A DNA stretch of 64,000 nt from Sphingomonas sp. 28-66-16 (GTDB taxonomy: Bacteria; Pseudomonadota; Alphaproteobacteria; Sphingomonadales; Sphingomonadaceae): NCBI GenBank assembly GCA_002281485.1, contig NCGF01000020.1:24862-88861 (forward strand). Reading direction: 5' to 3'. Shown here one piece after another: positions 22,098 through 33,600 of this stretch. The translations under genes and the position numbers were made by a program. The notes under the pieces were generated by a model that searched no databases, was not told the origin of the DNA, and saw only the letters and a list, made by a program, of their open reading frames with translations. Position 1 is the first letter of the stretch. The number at the start of each line of letters is the position of its first letter.

Positions 22098-22221
22098 TCG
22101 CGTGCCTTCCCCCAGCGACCGTATTGATCGCTTGCAACCATTTTGGCAGTTTTGCGTCTCTTTCATGGCAGCGCTCCGCGCTCCGCCGGATTTTTTCGAT
22201 CAACAGCAACCGGAGATGAAG

Positions 22222-22890
22222 ATGGCCCGAACCCCGATGAAGTATGCCGCGCTGATCGCGAGCGCGTCGATGATGGCGCTTGGCGCCGGCGTCGTCGCGC
22301 ACGCGCAGACCGCCACCGCCCCTGCCCAGACCCAGGCGACCCAGAGCATGCCCGGCCAGAACGGCATGACCCAAAGCGCGTCGACCAATACGGCCATGCC
22401 CGCCAATCCGATGGTCGGCGGTGCCGCGATGGAAGCAACCAAGACGATTCCGGAAAATGCCGCCGCCGCTTCCAATCTGACGACGTTGGTCGCCGCAGTG
22501 AAGGCAGCCGACCTGGTCGATACGCTGTCGGGGCCGGGTCCTTTCACCGTCTTCGCACCCACCAACGCGGCATTCGGCCGTCTCGCACCGGGCACGGTCG
22601 ATACCCTGCTCAAGCCCGAGAACAAGGAAACTCTGGTGAAGGTGCTCACCTATCATGTCGTGCCCGGCAAGATCACGCTCGCCGATCTGCGCGAGAAGGT
22701 CACCGCAGGCGGCGGCAAGGCAATGCTGACGACGGTCGAGGGCGAACCGATCACCGTCGAGGCCAATAACGGCGCGGTGATCCTGACCGACGTCAACGGC
22801 AACAAGAGCTATATCGAAACCCCCGATGTCCGCCAGTCGAACGGCATCGTCCATGTCGTCAACGGCGTGGTGATTCCCAAGCTCGGCTGA
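22222..22890 (+). CDS. Fasciclin (FAS1) domain secreted protein
   Basis: Signal peptide; NPMVGGA, FTVFAPTNAAF, LTYHVV, NGIVHVVNGV; start may be 22237. Confidence 0.9.
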   Translation: MARTPMKYAALIASASMMALGAGVVAHAQTATAPAQTQATQSMPGQNGMTQSASTNTAMPANPMVGGAAMEATKTIPENAAAASNLTTLVAAVKAADLVDTLSGPGPFTVFAPTNAAFGRLAPGTVDTLLKPENKETLVKVLTYHVVPGKITLADLREKVTAGGGKAMLTTVEGEPITVEANNGAVILTDVNGNKSYIETPDVRQSNGIVHVVNGVVIPKLG

Positions 22891-22905
22891 TCGCCAGGGC
22901 CGCCC

Positions 22906-23355
22906 TCAATCGGGGGCGGCCCGCCATTTGGCGGCGGCTGCATCATCGCTGGCGCGCGCCGCCACCCACCGTGACTCGTCGCCGCGCCGCTCGCGCTTCC
23001 AGAACGGCGCCTCGGTCTTGAGCCGATCGATCAGAAAAGCGCACGCCTCGAGCGCAGGGGCACGGTGCGCCGCAGCCGCAGCGACGAAGACGACCCGGTC
23101 GCCGGGCACCATTCGACCCACCCGATGAACGATCACCACCGCGAGAAGCGACCAGCGCTGCGCGGCTTCTTCGGCCAATCGCGTCAATGCTGCTTCGGTG
23201 GCGCCGGGATAGTGTTCGAGCTCGAGAGCGGTGACGCCGTCGTCGCTACGCACCAGCCCGGTAAAGCTGGCGACACCGCCGGCGCCGGTGCGTTCGGCGT
23301 AACTCAGCGCGGTGCCGGAGTCGATCGGCGCGGCCTGAACGCTGACCCGGATCAT
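22906..23355 (-). CDS. moaE: Molybdopterin synthase catalytic subunit
   Basis: FTGLVR, LEHYPG, HRVG, LKTEAPFWKRE. Confidence 0.93.
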   Translation of the reverse strand: MIRVSVQAAPIDSGTALSYAERTGAGGVASFTGLVRSDDGVTALELEHYPGATEAALTRLAEEAAQRWSLLAVVIVHRVGRMVPGDRVVFVAAAAAHRAPALEACAFLIDRLKTEAPFWKRERRGDESRWVAARASDDAAAAKWRAAPD

Positions 23356-23609
23356 CCGCCGGTGACCGGCGGGAACAACGCGATCTCACGCGCGCCCGCG
23401 ATCGCCGTTTCGAGCGGCACGAACTGCTGATCGATCGCCGCGCGCAGCCGCGCCTTGTCGGCAAGCGCCTCGGCATGGCCGCTGCTGCGCGCGCCCAGCC
23501 AGTCGATCAGATCGGCGATCGTCGCCACGTCGGTGGGTGGCTCGACCATTTCATGGCCGGTGCCGATCGCCTCGCGAACCCAGGCGAAATAGAGCATCTC
23601 GATCGCCAT
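23352..23609 (-). CDS. moaD: Molybdopterin synthase sulfur carrier
   Basis: LYFAWVRE start and C-terminal FPPVTGG. Confidence 0.93.
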   Translation of the reverse strand: MAIEMLYFAWVREAIGTGHEMVEPPTDVATIADLIDWLGARSSGHAEALADKARLRAAIDQQFVPLETAIAGAREIALFPPVTGG

Positions 23610-23612
23610 GGG

Positions 23613-24164
23613 TCAGTCCATGTGCCTGAGGCCGACGCGCAGATAGTCCCACCCCGTCACCACCGTCAGCGCCGCCGCCCCCCACAAGGCGACCAGCGCG
23701 GCGAGCTTGATCCAGTCGAGATCGGGCAGCGCGCCGGCGAGGATCAGCCCCCCGAGCGCGATGAGCTGCAGGGTCGTCTTCCACTTGGCAAGCTGCGACA
23801 CCGGGACCGAGACCTGCAACTGCGCGAGGAATTCGCGCAAGCCCGAGACCGCGATTTCGCGCAGCAGGATGATCAGCGCGGCGATGACATGGACTCCGGC
23901 AATGTCGCGCGTGCCGACCAGGATGAGCACGACCGCCGCGACCATGATCTTGTCGGCGATCGGATCGAGAAAGATGCCGAGCTTCGACACGGTGCCCTGC
24001 GCCCGCGCGAGATAGCCATCGAAATAATCGGTGATCCCCATCAGCACATAAAGCGCGAAGGCGATGGCATAGCCGGTGGGCCAGCCCGGCCACCACAGAA
24101 ACGCGGCGAGCAACGGCACGGCCAGTATCCGCGACAGGGTGAGCAGGTTGGGAAGCGTCAGCAT
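23613..24164 (-). CDS. pgsA: CDP-diacylglycerol--glycerol-3-phosphate 3-phosphatidyltransferase
   Basis: LPNLLTLSR, TDYFDGYLAR...G..LDPIADK, KWKT. Confidence 0.95.
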   Translation of the reverse strand: MLTLPNLLTLSRILAVPLLAAFLWWPGWPTGYAIAFALYVLMGITDYFDGYLARAQGTVSKLGIFLDPIADKIMVAAVVLILVGTRDIAGVHVIAALIILLREIAVSGLREFLAQLQVSVPVSQLAKWKTTLQLIALGGLILAGALPDLDWIKLAALVALWGAAALTVVTGWDYLRVGLRHMD

Positions 24165-24311
24165 GCCCACCCGCTCTACGCGCGCCGTCGCGCCGCGCAA
24201 AGCCCTGGCGACGACCCAAACCCGGCGCCGCATTATACGATTGCCGCTTTTGCAAGCGTTCGGCTATGGCGCGGGGACTCAAGGTATCAATTTCAAGGGC
24301 CAACGCTCGTC

Positions 24312-25601
24312 ATGCTGAATGCGCTCGGACTACTCAAAGAGCGCCGTTTCCTGCCGCTGTTCACCACCCAGTTCCTCGGCGCCTACAACGACAATCTGTT
24401 CAAGACGTCGATGGTGCTGTTCGCGACCTACCAGGTGTTCAACGACGCGCGGGTCGAATCGAATTTCAACGCGCTCGCGACGGCGCTGCAGATTCTGCCT
24501 TTCTTCCTGCTCTCGGCGCTGTCGGGACAGCTCGCCGATACGCATGACAAGGCGCGGATCATCCGGCTGGTAAAGGCGGCCGAGATCCTGATCATGCTGG
24601 TCGGCGCGGCGGGATTGATGACCGTGCGTGCGGGCTTCGTGACGTTCGGAATCGCGCTGATGCTCACCGCGGTGCTGTGCCTGGGCATCCATGCGACGTT
24701 CTTCGGGCCGATCAAATATGCGATCCTGCCGCAACATCTGAAGGAAGACGAGGTGCTCGCTGGCACCGGGCTGGTCGAGGCGGGCACCTATCTGGCGATC
24801 CTGCTCGGCACCGTCACCGCAGGCTGGATTTCGATCGAGGCGACGGCGATCACCGTGCTCATCGTCGCGCTGATCGGATGGATCGCGGGTCGCTTCGTTC
24901 CGCCGGCGCCGAGACAGGGCCCCGCGCTGGTCATCACCCTCAATCCGCTGACCTCGTCATGGCGGCTGATCAGCGATACGATGCACATTCCCCGGCTGTT
25001 TCTGGCGATCTGCTCGATCAGCTTCTTCTGGGCGATCGGTGCGGTGCTGATCATAACCTTCCCGCCCCTCGTCAAGAACATGCTGACCGCCAGCCAGGAG
25101 GTCGCGAGCCTGACGATCGCGATCTTCTCGATCGGCGTCGCGATCGGTTCGGTGGTGATCAACACGATGCTCAAGGGGCATATCTCGGCCCGCTATGCGC
25201 CGATGTCGGTGATCGCGATGGGCGCGCTGGTGGCGGTGTTCGCCTTCGTCGCGCGGCAATGGACGCCCGCCGCCGATGGCCATCTCTATACCGTGATGGA
25301 ATTCGCCACCCAGCCAAGCGCCTGGCTGGTGATCGGCGTGCTGTTTGCGATCGCGATCACGGGCGGGATGTTCGTCGTGCCGCTCTATGCCTTTTTGACG
25401 ACGACGGTGACCAAGGACCAGACCGCGCGGACGGTCGCCGCCAACAATGTCGTCAATTCGGGCGCGATGGTGGTCGGTGCGGCGATCGTGCTGTCGCTCA
25501 CCGCGTTCGGCGCGACCCCCGACATGCTGCTCTACATGGTCGCGGCGATGTGCCTGTTCGCCGCCTGGCTCGCGCAGAAGCTCCACCGGGCCTGCGATTG
25601 A
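24312..25601 (+). CDS. MFS transporter (LplT/Aas-type lysophospholipid transporter-like)
   Basis: RRFLPLFTTQFLGAYNDNLFK, FFGPIKYAILPQ, GGMFVVPLYA, AANNVVNS. Confidence 0.85.
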   Translation: MLNALGLLKERRFLPLFTTQFLGAYNDNLFKTSMVLFATYQVFNDARVESNFNALATALQILPFFLLSALSGQLADTHDKARIIRLVKAAEILIMLVGAAGLMTVRAGFVTFGIALMLTAVLCLGIHATFFGPIKYAILPQHLKEDEVLAGTGLVEAGTYLAILLGTVTAGWISIEATAITVLIVALIGWIAGRFVPPAPRQGPALVITLNPLTSSWRLISDTMHIPRLFLAICSISFFWAIGAVLIITFPPLVKNMLTASQEVASLTIAIFSIGVAIGSVVINTMLKGHISARYAPMSVIAMGALVAVFAFVARQWTPAADGHLYTVMEFATQPSAWLVIGVLFAIAITGGMFVVPLYAFLTTTVTKDQTARTVAANNVVNSGAMVVGAAIVLSLTAFGATPDMLLYMVAAMCLFAAWLAQKLHRACD

Positions 25602-25619
25602 TCGCGCCTCCGGCGTGGA

Positions 25620-25805
25620 TCAGAAGATCAATGTGTAGATGCAGATGAAGAACGCCGTGAAGCTCAGCGCGAACAGCTTCAAATCCTGATCGTCGGTGCG
25701 CGGCGCGACTGCTTTTGCGGGCGCGGGCGGAGGAAGCTGGCGGCGGATCGGATGACCGGCGGCGGGATTGGCGCCATTCGAGGCTGGGGTGAAAGCGCGT
25801 TGCAT
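25620..25805 (-). CDS. Small protein with C-terminal membrane anchor
   Basis: 61 aa from ATG 25805; Pro-rich, then DLKLFALSFTAFFICIYTLIF. Confidence 0.6.
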   Translation of the reverse strand: MQRAFTPASNGANPAAGHPIRRQLPPPAPAKAVAPRTDDQDLKLFALSFTAFFICIYTLIF

Positions 25806-25902
25806 GGCGCTAGTTAACGCCGCGTTTACGATTCCGGCCAGCATTGTTGATGGTTAACCGCCGTCCGTTATTGGGACGGACAGGACGGGCGCGGCCGATG
25901 AC

Positions 25903-26838
25903 TCAGCCGAGCTTGCCCATCTGCAGGAACTTGCGCCGCCGCTCGGCGCGCAACGCGTCCCCCGACAGCGCCATCAGCCCGGTCAATTCGTCGCTGATCG
26001 CCGTCGCGACGCGCCTGAGCGTGGTCGCATGGTCGCGGTGCGCGCCGCCGGCGGGTTCATAGACGATCCGGTCAATCACGCCGAGCTGGAGCAGCTCGCC
26101 CGCCGTGATCTTCATCGCTTCGGCCGCCTCCGCCGCGCGATCGGCGCTGCGCCACAGGATCGACGCGCAGCCTTCGGGCGAGATCACCGAATAGATCGAA
26201 TGTTCGAGCATCAGCACGCGGTTCGCCGCCGCCAGCGCCACCGCGCCGCCCGAGCCGCCCTCACCCGCGATCAGCGCGACGAGCGGCACGCGCAGCGACA
26301 GGCAGCGCTCGGTCGACCGCGCGATCGCCTCGGCCTGGCCGCGTTCTTCGGCTTCCATGCCCGGAAACGCGCCCGGGGTATCGACCAGCGTGATGATCGG
26401 CAGGCCGAACCGGTCGGCGATGTCCATCAGCCGGATCGCCTTGCGATAGCCCTCGGGCTTCGACATCCCGAAATTGTGGTGAATCCGCGAGGCCGTATCG
26501 TCGCCCTTGGCATGACCGATCACCATCACCCGCCGGCCCTGAAACCGCGCGAGCCCGCCCAATAGCGCCTGATCGTCGGCAAACGCCCGGTCGCCCGCCA
26601 AGGGCATGAAATCGCTGAACAGCGCGGCGACATAATGGTTGAAATGCGGGCGCGCGGGATGCCGCGCGACCGCTGCACGCTGCCACGGCGTCAGATGGCC
26701 ATAGAGATGCGCCAGCTGCCGCTGCGCGCGCTCCTCGAGCTGGGCGGCTTCGGCTTCGCTCCCGCCCGTCCGACGCAGCGTTTCGGCGCTGCGCTCCAGT
26801 GCCTCGATCGCCTTTTCGAAAGGAAGATACTCGCTCAC
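25903..26838 (-). CDS. accA: Acetyl-CoA carboxylase carboxyltransferase alpha subunit
   Basis: LTPWQ...[47 protein letters not shown]; 4-nt overlap with the mcr stop. Confidence 0.93.
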   Translation of the reverse strand: MSEYLPFEKAIEALERSAETLRRTGGSEAEAAQLEERAQRQLAHLYGHLTPWQRAAVARHPARPHFNHYVAALFSDFMPLAGDRAFADDQALLGGLARFQGRRVMVIGHAKGDDTASRIHHNFGMSKPEGYRKAIRLMDIADRFGLPIITLVDTPGAFPGMEAEERGQAEAIARSTERCLSLRVPLVALIAGEGGSGGAVALAAANRVLMLEHSIYSVISPEGCASILWRSADRAAEAAEAMKITAGELLQLGVIDRIVYEPAGGAHRDHATTLRRVATAISDELTGLMALSGDALRAERRRKFLQMGKLG

Positions 26839-29800
26839 ACCGTCATCGCCATCCCGCGGTAGATGCGCGAGCGGTAGCGCGAATCCTCGGCATCGGGAAG
26901 CGGTGCGCCGACGAGCAGCACCGCGCGGGCAAAGCGCTTCACCTCTTCGAGATGCTCGTCGAGATTTCGCGGTTCTTCGGATTGCACCCGCCGGGTCAGA
27001 TTGATCTGGTTGACCGGTACGTCATGCACCAGCCGCTCATTCTCGACCGCGAGCGTCGCGGTGAAAGCGTGGAGCGTCGTCTTGATGAAGTTGGCGAGCG
27101 CGAAGGCCGGGCTCTTGTCGCCCATCGGCACGTCGGGCGAGGCGAGCACGAGCTGGCAATCGTCGTAGAGCGAGGCCTTGCGCGCCACCCGGAAGTGATT
27201 GGTCAGATTGCCAGCGACGACCGCCCGGAATTCTTCCGGGGTCAGCGGATCGTCGAGCTCGAACAGCTTTTGCGGCAGCGCGTCGAAGGGGGTCGACAGC
27301 AAGGTCGTCGGCCGCCCCCATTGCAGCAGCGCGGCGTTCATCGCACCCTCCACCGACTCACCGCAGACGATCGATTGCAGCGCGCTGGCGGGCACGTCGT
27401 CGAGCGCGGCCTTCAGCGCGTCGAACCCTTCCGCCGTCCGCGTGATCAGCACCACCCGCGCGACCTGGCACTCGTTGATGAAGGCGCGCGCGGTCTCGGC
27501 GATATAGTCGACGAGGTGCTCGCCAACGATCCACACCGTCTTGCCGCGCATCTGATCGAGCCGCTCCTGCTTGGGGCTGCCGAACAGCTCGCGCTCGGTG
27601 GTCGATCGTTCGACCGAAAGCCCGCCCGAGGGCATGAAGGTCTCGCCCGACACAGCGCGGTCGGCAAGAAAGAACACCGTAGCCTGCGCAACGTCGGTTT
27701 CGGTCGGCATCTTGCCGAGGTGGAGCTTGGAGAGCACCCCGCTGCCGACCTTCTTGGCCTCGACCGCGATCTTGCCGGCAGGAAGGAAGGGCGCATCCTC
27801 TGGCGGCGTGCGAAGCAGCCAGCTGCCATTGGCCTCGGGGGTATCGGGGCGATCGGCCCAGCCGGGCGCATCGAGGAAATAGCCGCCCTTGCGCAACCGC
27901 GACACCAGCGCCGCAGCGATCGGCGGGGTCAGCAGATACTGGTCCCAGGTGCAGATGCCGTCGCCCTCGCGCGCGCAGGCGAGCGCCAGATCGCGGATTT
28001 CCTTCGGGTTGTTGGTATCGTGCGACATCCGCACCGTATCGTTGCGTGCTAGCCGGGTGAGCACCGCCTCGACGCGCACGCCGCGCCGGAGCGACTTGAC
28101 CACAGCCGCATGGATGGCGTTGAGCCGCTTGTTCTCGAGGATCAGCTTGCCGCGCCGCTCGAACAGGCCGGGCTTGCCCCCCGTCCCGGCCAGCCGGTCG
28201 CCATCGACCGGGCCGGGCGCGATAGCGTTGAACTGCACCTCGGGCCCCAGATAGCGCGACATCGCCTCGACCATCGCGCGCTGGCCCGATTTGGACACCG
28301 CATAATCGGCGCGGTTGGGATAGGCGACCGCGAGATATTTCTCGCCGCCGAAATAGGACGAGACGTTGAGCACATAGCCCGAGCCTTGGCGCTTCATCAG
28401 CGGCACGACATGGTGCATCAGGAAGTAATTGGAGACCAGATTGGCATCGAGCGTGTAGTTCCAGGCGTCGACGCTCATGTCGACCACCATGTCCTCGGCA
28501 CCCGCCACGCCCGCATTGTTGATCAGATAGTCGATCCGCCCGAATGCTTTGAGGGTCGCATCGACCGCGCCCCTCAGCGACTCGAAATTGCTGACGTCGA
28601 CATTGGCGAGGGTCTGCACGCGCCGCTCGACGCCGGCAAAGCCGATATCCTCCAGCTCGCTCACGATCCGCGCCCGCGCCACCGCAAGCTCGCTCTCGCG
28701 CCGCGCGACCATCATCACCTTGGCCCCCGCCAGCGCGAGCAGGCGCGCAACCTGCCCACCGATCCCCGCCGACCCGCCGGTGATCAGCGCGACCTTGCCG
28801 AGATGCAGCCCGGTAATGTTTTCGCTGAACCCCGGCATCGCCTTGCGCGACCCGGTCGCGTCGCCGATGTTCCCGGGCACGTAGAGCGTGACCTCGCGAA
28901 TCTTGCTTTCCTTGAGCAAAATGCGCGCCGCATGGCCGGCGGTGAATCGCGTATTCTCGGCCTCGGCATTGCCGAAGCGGACGATCTGGTTGCCCCATTC
29001 GGCCTGGCGCCGACGGCCATGCGCGACGTCGATTTCGGATTCGTCGCGCCAGATGCGGATCAGCTGCTCGGTCGCGGCGCGCAGCATCTGCGCATAGACG
29101 TCGCCCTTGCCATCGCTCGGGTTGGTCAGGAAGACGAAGCGCGGCTCCTGCAGCAGATTGTCGTGGCGCTTCCAGTAGCGGCTCAGCGTTCGGGCAAGCG
29201 CGATGCTCCCGGCGAGCTCAACATCCATGAAGCGTTCGACATCCTCGTCGGTCGCGTCGACCAGATCGCCGACCAGTTCGCCCGGCCCCAATACCGGCAT
29301 GAAGATCGCGCCGGTGATCGGCGCGTGTTCCTTGGTATAGGCGTCGAGCGCCGCCTCCATCGCGGCAGGTTCGGTGCGGTTGAAGCGAATGATGGTGAGC
29401 CGCTCATCCGCGCCCTCGGCCTTGGCGCGCGCCTGGGCGATGGCGACATCGGCCTGTCGCGTCAGCCCGAGCAGGACATGCGCGCCGCACGCAATCTGGA
29501 TATTGGCGATCTCGAGCGCCTCCTGCCAGCCATCCCCCGCGGCGATCAGCACCGCCAGCCCCGCCCCGTCCATCGAGCGCATCGTCGGGCGCGCGAGATA
29601 GGTCGAGCGCTCTTCCTTGCGCACGGTCATGCCGTGCGTCACTTCGAAATCATGGCCGTTATAGGCGGCGGATTCATCGCTCCCCAGGAACACGCAGGTG
29701 GTGGCGATGTCGGTCGGCGTCGGGAAGGTCTTGGCCTTGGCCTTGCCGCCGGTCGCGCGTTCGAGCGACATCATGTCGAAAAACTGGTTGGCGGTGGTCC

Positions 29801-30521
29801 CCGCCTCGTCGCCGCGCATCGAATCCATCGTCGCGAACACGCTGCGAATACGCTCGCTTTCGATCGGTCCCGGGAAGACGAGGTTCACGCGAATCCCGCG
29901 CGGCCCCAGCTCGAGCGACAATTCGCGCGAAAAGGCGTTCATCGCCGCCTTGGGCACGACATAGGCAGTGCGCGCATAATAGGGCGTGCGCGAAAAGATC
30001 GTCGACACGTTGATGATCGACCCGCCCTCCCCCATCGCGCTCGCCGCCGCACGCGACACGTTCCACGCGACGCCGAAGATGTTGCGGATCGCGTCGCCGA
30101 CGGTCTCGCCATCGGTCGATCCGCCTTTTTGCAGCGCGGCGAGTTCCTTGGCGTCGAGCGGCAATTGCTCGAGTGGCTGCTTTGGGCCCGCCGAGCCGGC
30201 ATTGTTGACGAGGATGTCGATCCGCCCGAAGCGCTCGACGATATCGGCGACGGCTGCGCGCACCGACTCAGGATCGCCGCCATCCAGCGCCACCGTCGCG
30301 AGCCGGGCTTCATCGACCCCGGTCTCAGCGCGGATCGCGTCCGCCGCCGCATCGGTGCGCGCAGGCGTGCGGCCCGTCATCACCACCGTTGCCCCCTCGG
30401 CGAGATAATGGCGGACGATATGTCCGCCCAGATTGCCCGCCGCGCCGGTGACGACGGCGATCTTGCCCGCCAGCCTGCCGCCGGTCGGGTCAAGGGTCGC
30501 TGCGGTCTTTGCTTTGGCCAT
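26835..30521 (-). CDS. mcr: Bifunctional malonyl-CoA reductase (malonyl-CoA to 3-hydroxypropionate)
   Basis: 1228 aa with two SDR modules: TGAAGNLG...[11 protein letters not shown] and TGGSAGIG...[11 protein letters not shown]; C-terminal [10 protein letters not shown]; architecture of Chloroflexus/Porphyrobacter Mcr. Confidence 0.9.
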   Translation of the reverse strand: MAKAKTAATLDPTGGRLAGKIAVVTGAAGNLGGHIVRHYLAEGATVVMTGRTPARTDAAADAIRAETGVDEARLATVALDGGDPESVRAAVADIVERFGRIDILVNNAGSAGPKQPLEQLPLDAKELAALQKGGSTDGETVGDAIRNIFGVAWNVSRAAASAMGEGGSIINVSTIFSRTPYYARTAYVVPKAAMNAFSRELSLELGPRGIRVNLVFPGPIESERIRSVFATMDSMRGDEAGTTANQFFDMMSLERATGGKAKAKTFPTPTDIATTCVFLGSDESAAYNGHDFEVTHGMTVRKEERSTYLARPTMRSMDGAGLAVLIAAGDGWQEALEIANIQIACGAHVLLGLTRQADVAIAQARAKAEGADERLTIIRFNRTEPAAMEAALDAYTKEHAPITGAIFMPVLGPGELVGDLVDATDEDVERFMDVELAGSIALARTLSRYWKRHDNLLQEPRFVFLTNPSDGKGDVYAQMLRAATEQLIRIWRDESEIDVAHGRRRQAEWGNQIVRFGNAEAENTRFTAGHAARILLKESKIREVTLYVPGNIGDATGSRKAMPGFSENITGLHLGKVALITGGSAGIGGQVARLLALAGAKVMMVARRESELAVARARIVSELEDIGFAGVERRVQTLANVDVSNFESLRGAVDATLKAFGRIDYLINNAGVAGAEDMVVDMSVDAWNYTLDANLVSNYFLMHHVVPLMKRQGSGYVLNVSSYFGGEKYLAVAYPNRADYAVSKSGQRAMVEAMSRYLGPEVQFNAIAPGPVDGDRLAGTGGKPGLFERRGKLILENKRLNAIHAAVVKSLRRGVRVEAVLTRLARNDTVRMSHDTNNPKEIRDLALACAREGDGICTWDQYLLTPPIAAALVSRLRKGGYFLDAPGWADRPDTPEANGSWLLRTPPEDAPFLPAGKIAVEAKKVGSGVLSKLHLGKMPTETDVAQATVFFLADRAVSGETFMPSGGLSVERSTTERELFGSPKQERLDQMRGKTVWIVGEHLVDYIAETARAFINECQVARVVLITRTAEGFDALKAALDDVPASALQSIVCGESVEGAMNAALLQWGRPTTLLSTPFDALPQKLFELDDPLTPEEFRAVVAGNLTNHFRVARKASLYDDCQLVLASPDVPMGDKSPAFALANFIKTTLHAFTATLAVENERLVHDVPVNQINLTRRVQSEEPRNLDEHLEEVKRFARAVLLVGAPLPDAEDSRYRSRIYRGMAMTV

Positions 30522-30651
30522 GTCACTCTCCCAGTAATCGTCGCGGAAACGCCATGTCCGCAATTTGAGGTTTTCAGAGCCTGGGGAGGGCGAAGCTGAT
30601 CATATCGTTCGTGGGTAGAACGGCAACCTGGGTTACCGGTTCCGACGTAAT

Positions 30652-33600
30652 TCAGGGATCGGGCGGCGCCGATTCCCCCGCCGCCCAGGCCTCGAGCAAC
30701 GCATCGCGGCTGCGCAGCCCCATCTCGGGGAGCGCGTGGTTGACCACATAGGTCGCGCCCGAATGGCGGTTGTCCCACATCGCCTGATGCGCCTCGGGCA
30801 ACCCGTTCCACGGCACCACCCGCGGCTCGGTCACCTCGAGCAGCCCCGCCGCGATCATGTCGTTCATCCGCGCGACCTCGAACGCGTTGCACAGATGGGT
30901 GCCCAGGATCGACGCGGTCGGCATCAGGATGCGGCGCTGCCGCGTCCACACCTGCGGCGCGTAGAAAGTGAAGCGCTGACCCGCCATGTCCTCGGCAAAG
31001 ATCACGCGGCCGGTAAAGGGCTTCACCAGCGAGGTCGACACGCCGAGCGTATCCTGCCCGGCGCGCTCGATCACCAGATCGGGGCTGCCGCGCGGATTGT
31101 CGGGCGAGCGCAATATCTTGCCGATCGCCGAGCCGAACGGCTTCATCACCCGGTCCTGATAATCGCGCACCGCCGCCTTGAAGACCTCGATATCGGCCTT
31201 GGCATCGGGGAGCTGCGGCATCGTGTCGGGCCACAGGAAGTTCGCGCCTTCACGCCGCCTGATCGCCTCGAGGCTGACGATCCCCTCGATCGCGTCTTCG
31301 AGGCCCAGCGATTGCAGGAATTCGCGTTGGCCATCGGTGGTGGTCGCGACGACGCTGCGCGCGTTGAAGCGCCGCGCCGCCTCGATCATCTCGAGGCCGG
31401 TTTCGTCGAGCAATTCCTTCGATCGCGAAGGCGAGCGTGCCGCCCTCGGCGAGCAACTGGAAACTACGCGGAAACGCGGTTTCGCCGGCATGGCTGACGA
31501 CGTAATCGGCGAGCTTGCCGCCGTTGAGCGACTCATATTCCGCGATCAGCGGCGCTCCCGCCGCTTCCCAGGCGTGCGCCTCGTCGGCGTCTTCGGGCAC
31601 GATCGTGTAGAGCCCGGCAAAGCGCGGGTCCTTGCGGTCGATCGCGCCGACCGCCCCCTGCTGGTCCTTGATGAACGCCGCGCGTTCGGGCGATGATACC
31701 AGCCCGGTCACCTGCAAGCCCGTCCGCACCGAACTGCGCAGCGCGTCGAGCCCCGTCCCCGTCGCCGCGCCCTCGACGAACAACGTCCGCCCTGGTGCGA
31801 TCTGCAGCGTGGTGAACAGGCAGCGCGAGATCGTGCCGAGGTTGAGCACATAGCTGCCCGCCTGCTCCAGCGTCAGATCGGGCGGGATCGCGTGCATCTG
31901 CGGTGCCTGCACCGTCAGGAACTGGGCATGGCTGCCGGTCTCCGTCTCATACCCCTGGATCGAGAAATCGGCGTACATCGGATCATTGCCGACCGCAGGG
32001 CTGAGCAGGTCGTTGGTCCCCGAATAAACGGTGACGAGATCGCCGACCTTCACGCGCCCCTCGGCGCGCGTCTCGCTGCCGAGCGCCGCGACCAAGGCGA
32101 TGCCGCCGGAGCCGGTGATCTGGACATCCTCTTCATGCGCATCGAACGGCGACACGGGAATGCCGGTCAGTGCCCAGATGTCGTTGAAGTTGACCTCGCT
32201 GGTCAGCATGTAGAGCAGCGCTTCGTTCGGCGCAGGCTCGGGCACCTTGACGATCAGCTCGCGCTCATGGGTTGCGGGCGGGCCGAAGCGCGGCGCGCCG
32301 GTCTCGGCATCGCGGGCAATGCCGAATGCGTACTGGAATTCAGGGATACGCGTGACGCCCGGATAGAAGGGGGCGCCGACGGGGAGCAACTCGCCCGACG
32401 CCTCCAGCGCTTTGCTACGCGGCTCATGCTCTTCGTCGAGCCACACACCGTCGCGGCGGACGGGGAGCGGCGGACTCACCTTGTCCATGAACTGGCGAAT
32501 GCCGGTCTTGCCGCCTTCCGGGTCGATGATGGCCTCGGCGAACAACGCTGCTTCGCGCGCCATGCCGGCACTCATGCCCTGCTCGAGCCCGGTGCGCACC
32601 GCGTCGAGCGCGCGCTTGCCCGCGACGCCACGCCCGGCCCAGTCGAGCTGACGCCGAATGCGCTGCAGGAAATCATCCGCCAGTATCGCATCGAGATCGA
32701 CGTCAGACGCCGCTTCCCAGCTCCTTGTCGCCGCCTGCCGTGCCGCAAATGCCGCACCCAGCGTACTATTTTCGCCATCCTTTACATAGGCACGGACCGC
32801 CGCATGCGCCTCGGACAGTGCATCGCGCGATCCGTCGACCAGATGATCGACAAGGCCAATCCCGGCCGCCGCTTCGGCATCGATGCTGCGCCCGCCGAGA
32901 ATCAGGTCGAGCGCATCGCGAACGCCTTCCGCGCCGTTCTTGTCGGCGAGGAGGCGCGGCAGACGCTGCGTGCCACCATAGCCGGGCAGCAGCCGCAAGC
33001 GGATTTCGGGCTGGCCGAAGCGCGCGGTCGGCTCGGCGATGCGATAATGGCAGGCGAGCGCGAACTCCATGCCGCCGCCGAGCGCCACGCCCTGCACCGC
33101 GGCGATGCACGGCTTGCCCATCGTCTCGATCTTGCGGAACGCCAGTTGCGCATTATTGGGCAGCACCATCGCTTCGTCGAAGCTATGGATTTCCTCGAGC
33201 ATCTGGCGGATGTCGGCCCCGGCGACGAACGACGCCGTCCCCTGCCCGGTGAAGACCACCGCGACGACATCGTCCTTGCGCGACAATTGATCGACCACCA
33301 CCACCAGTTCGTCGATCGCGCGTTCGTTGAGCGCGTTGACCGGCGGATTGGTGACGGTGACGGTCGCCACACGCTTGCCCGGCGCGACATTGTTGTATTG
33401 GACCAGGAAATAGCGGTTGCGCTCGAACAGCGATTGCTCCTCGGACAAACGCTGCTTGCGCTGCCAGTCGTCGATCGCGGTCTTGAGCTCGGTCAGCGCC
33501 TCGGGATTGCGCAGCGTGGTTATGTCGCCGACATCGCCGCCCTCGACCAGCGCCCGCACCATCCGGCGCATATATTTGCCCGACCGCGTCTCGGGGAATT

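Noticed and set aside
30522-30651. pcs-mcr intergenic region as a riboswitch or as the displaced pcs segment
   Set aside because: No recognisable riboswitch core, and it does not translate to the missing Pcs residues
31416-31431. Programmed ribosomal frameshift in pcs
   Set aside because: No slippery heptamer, and conserved residues appear to be missing, so a frameshift alone would not restore the domain
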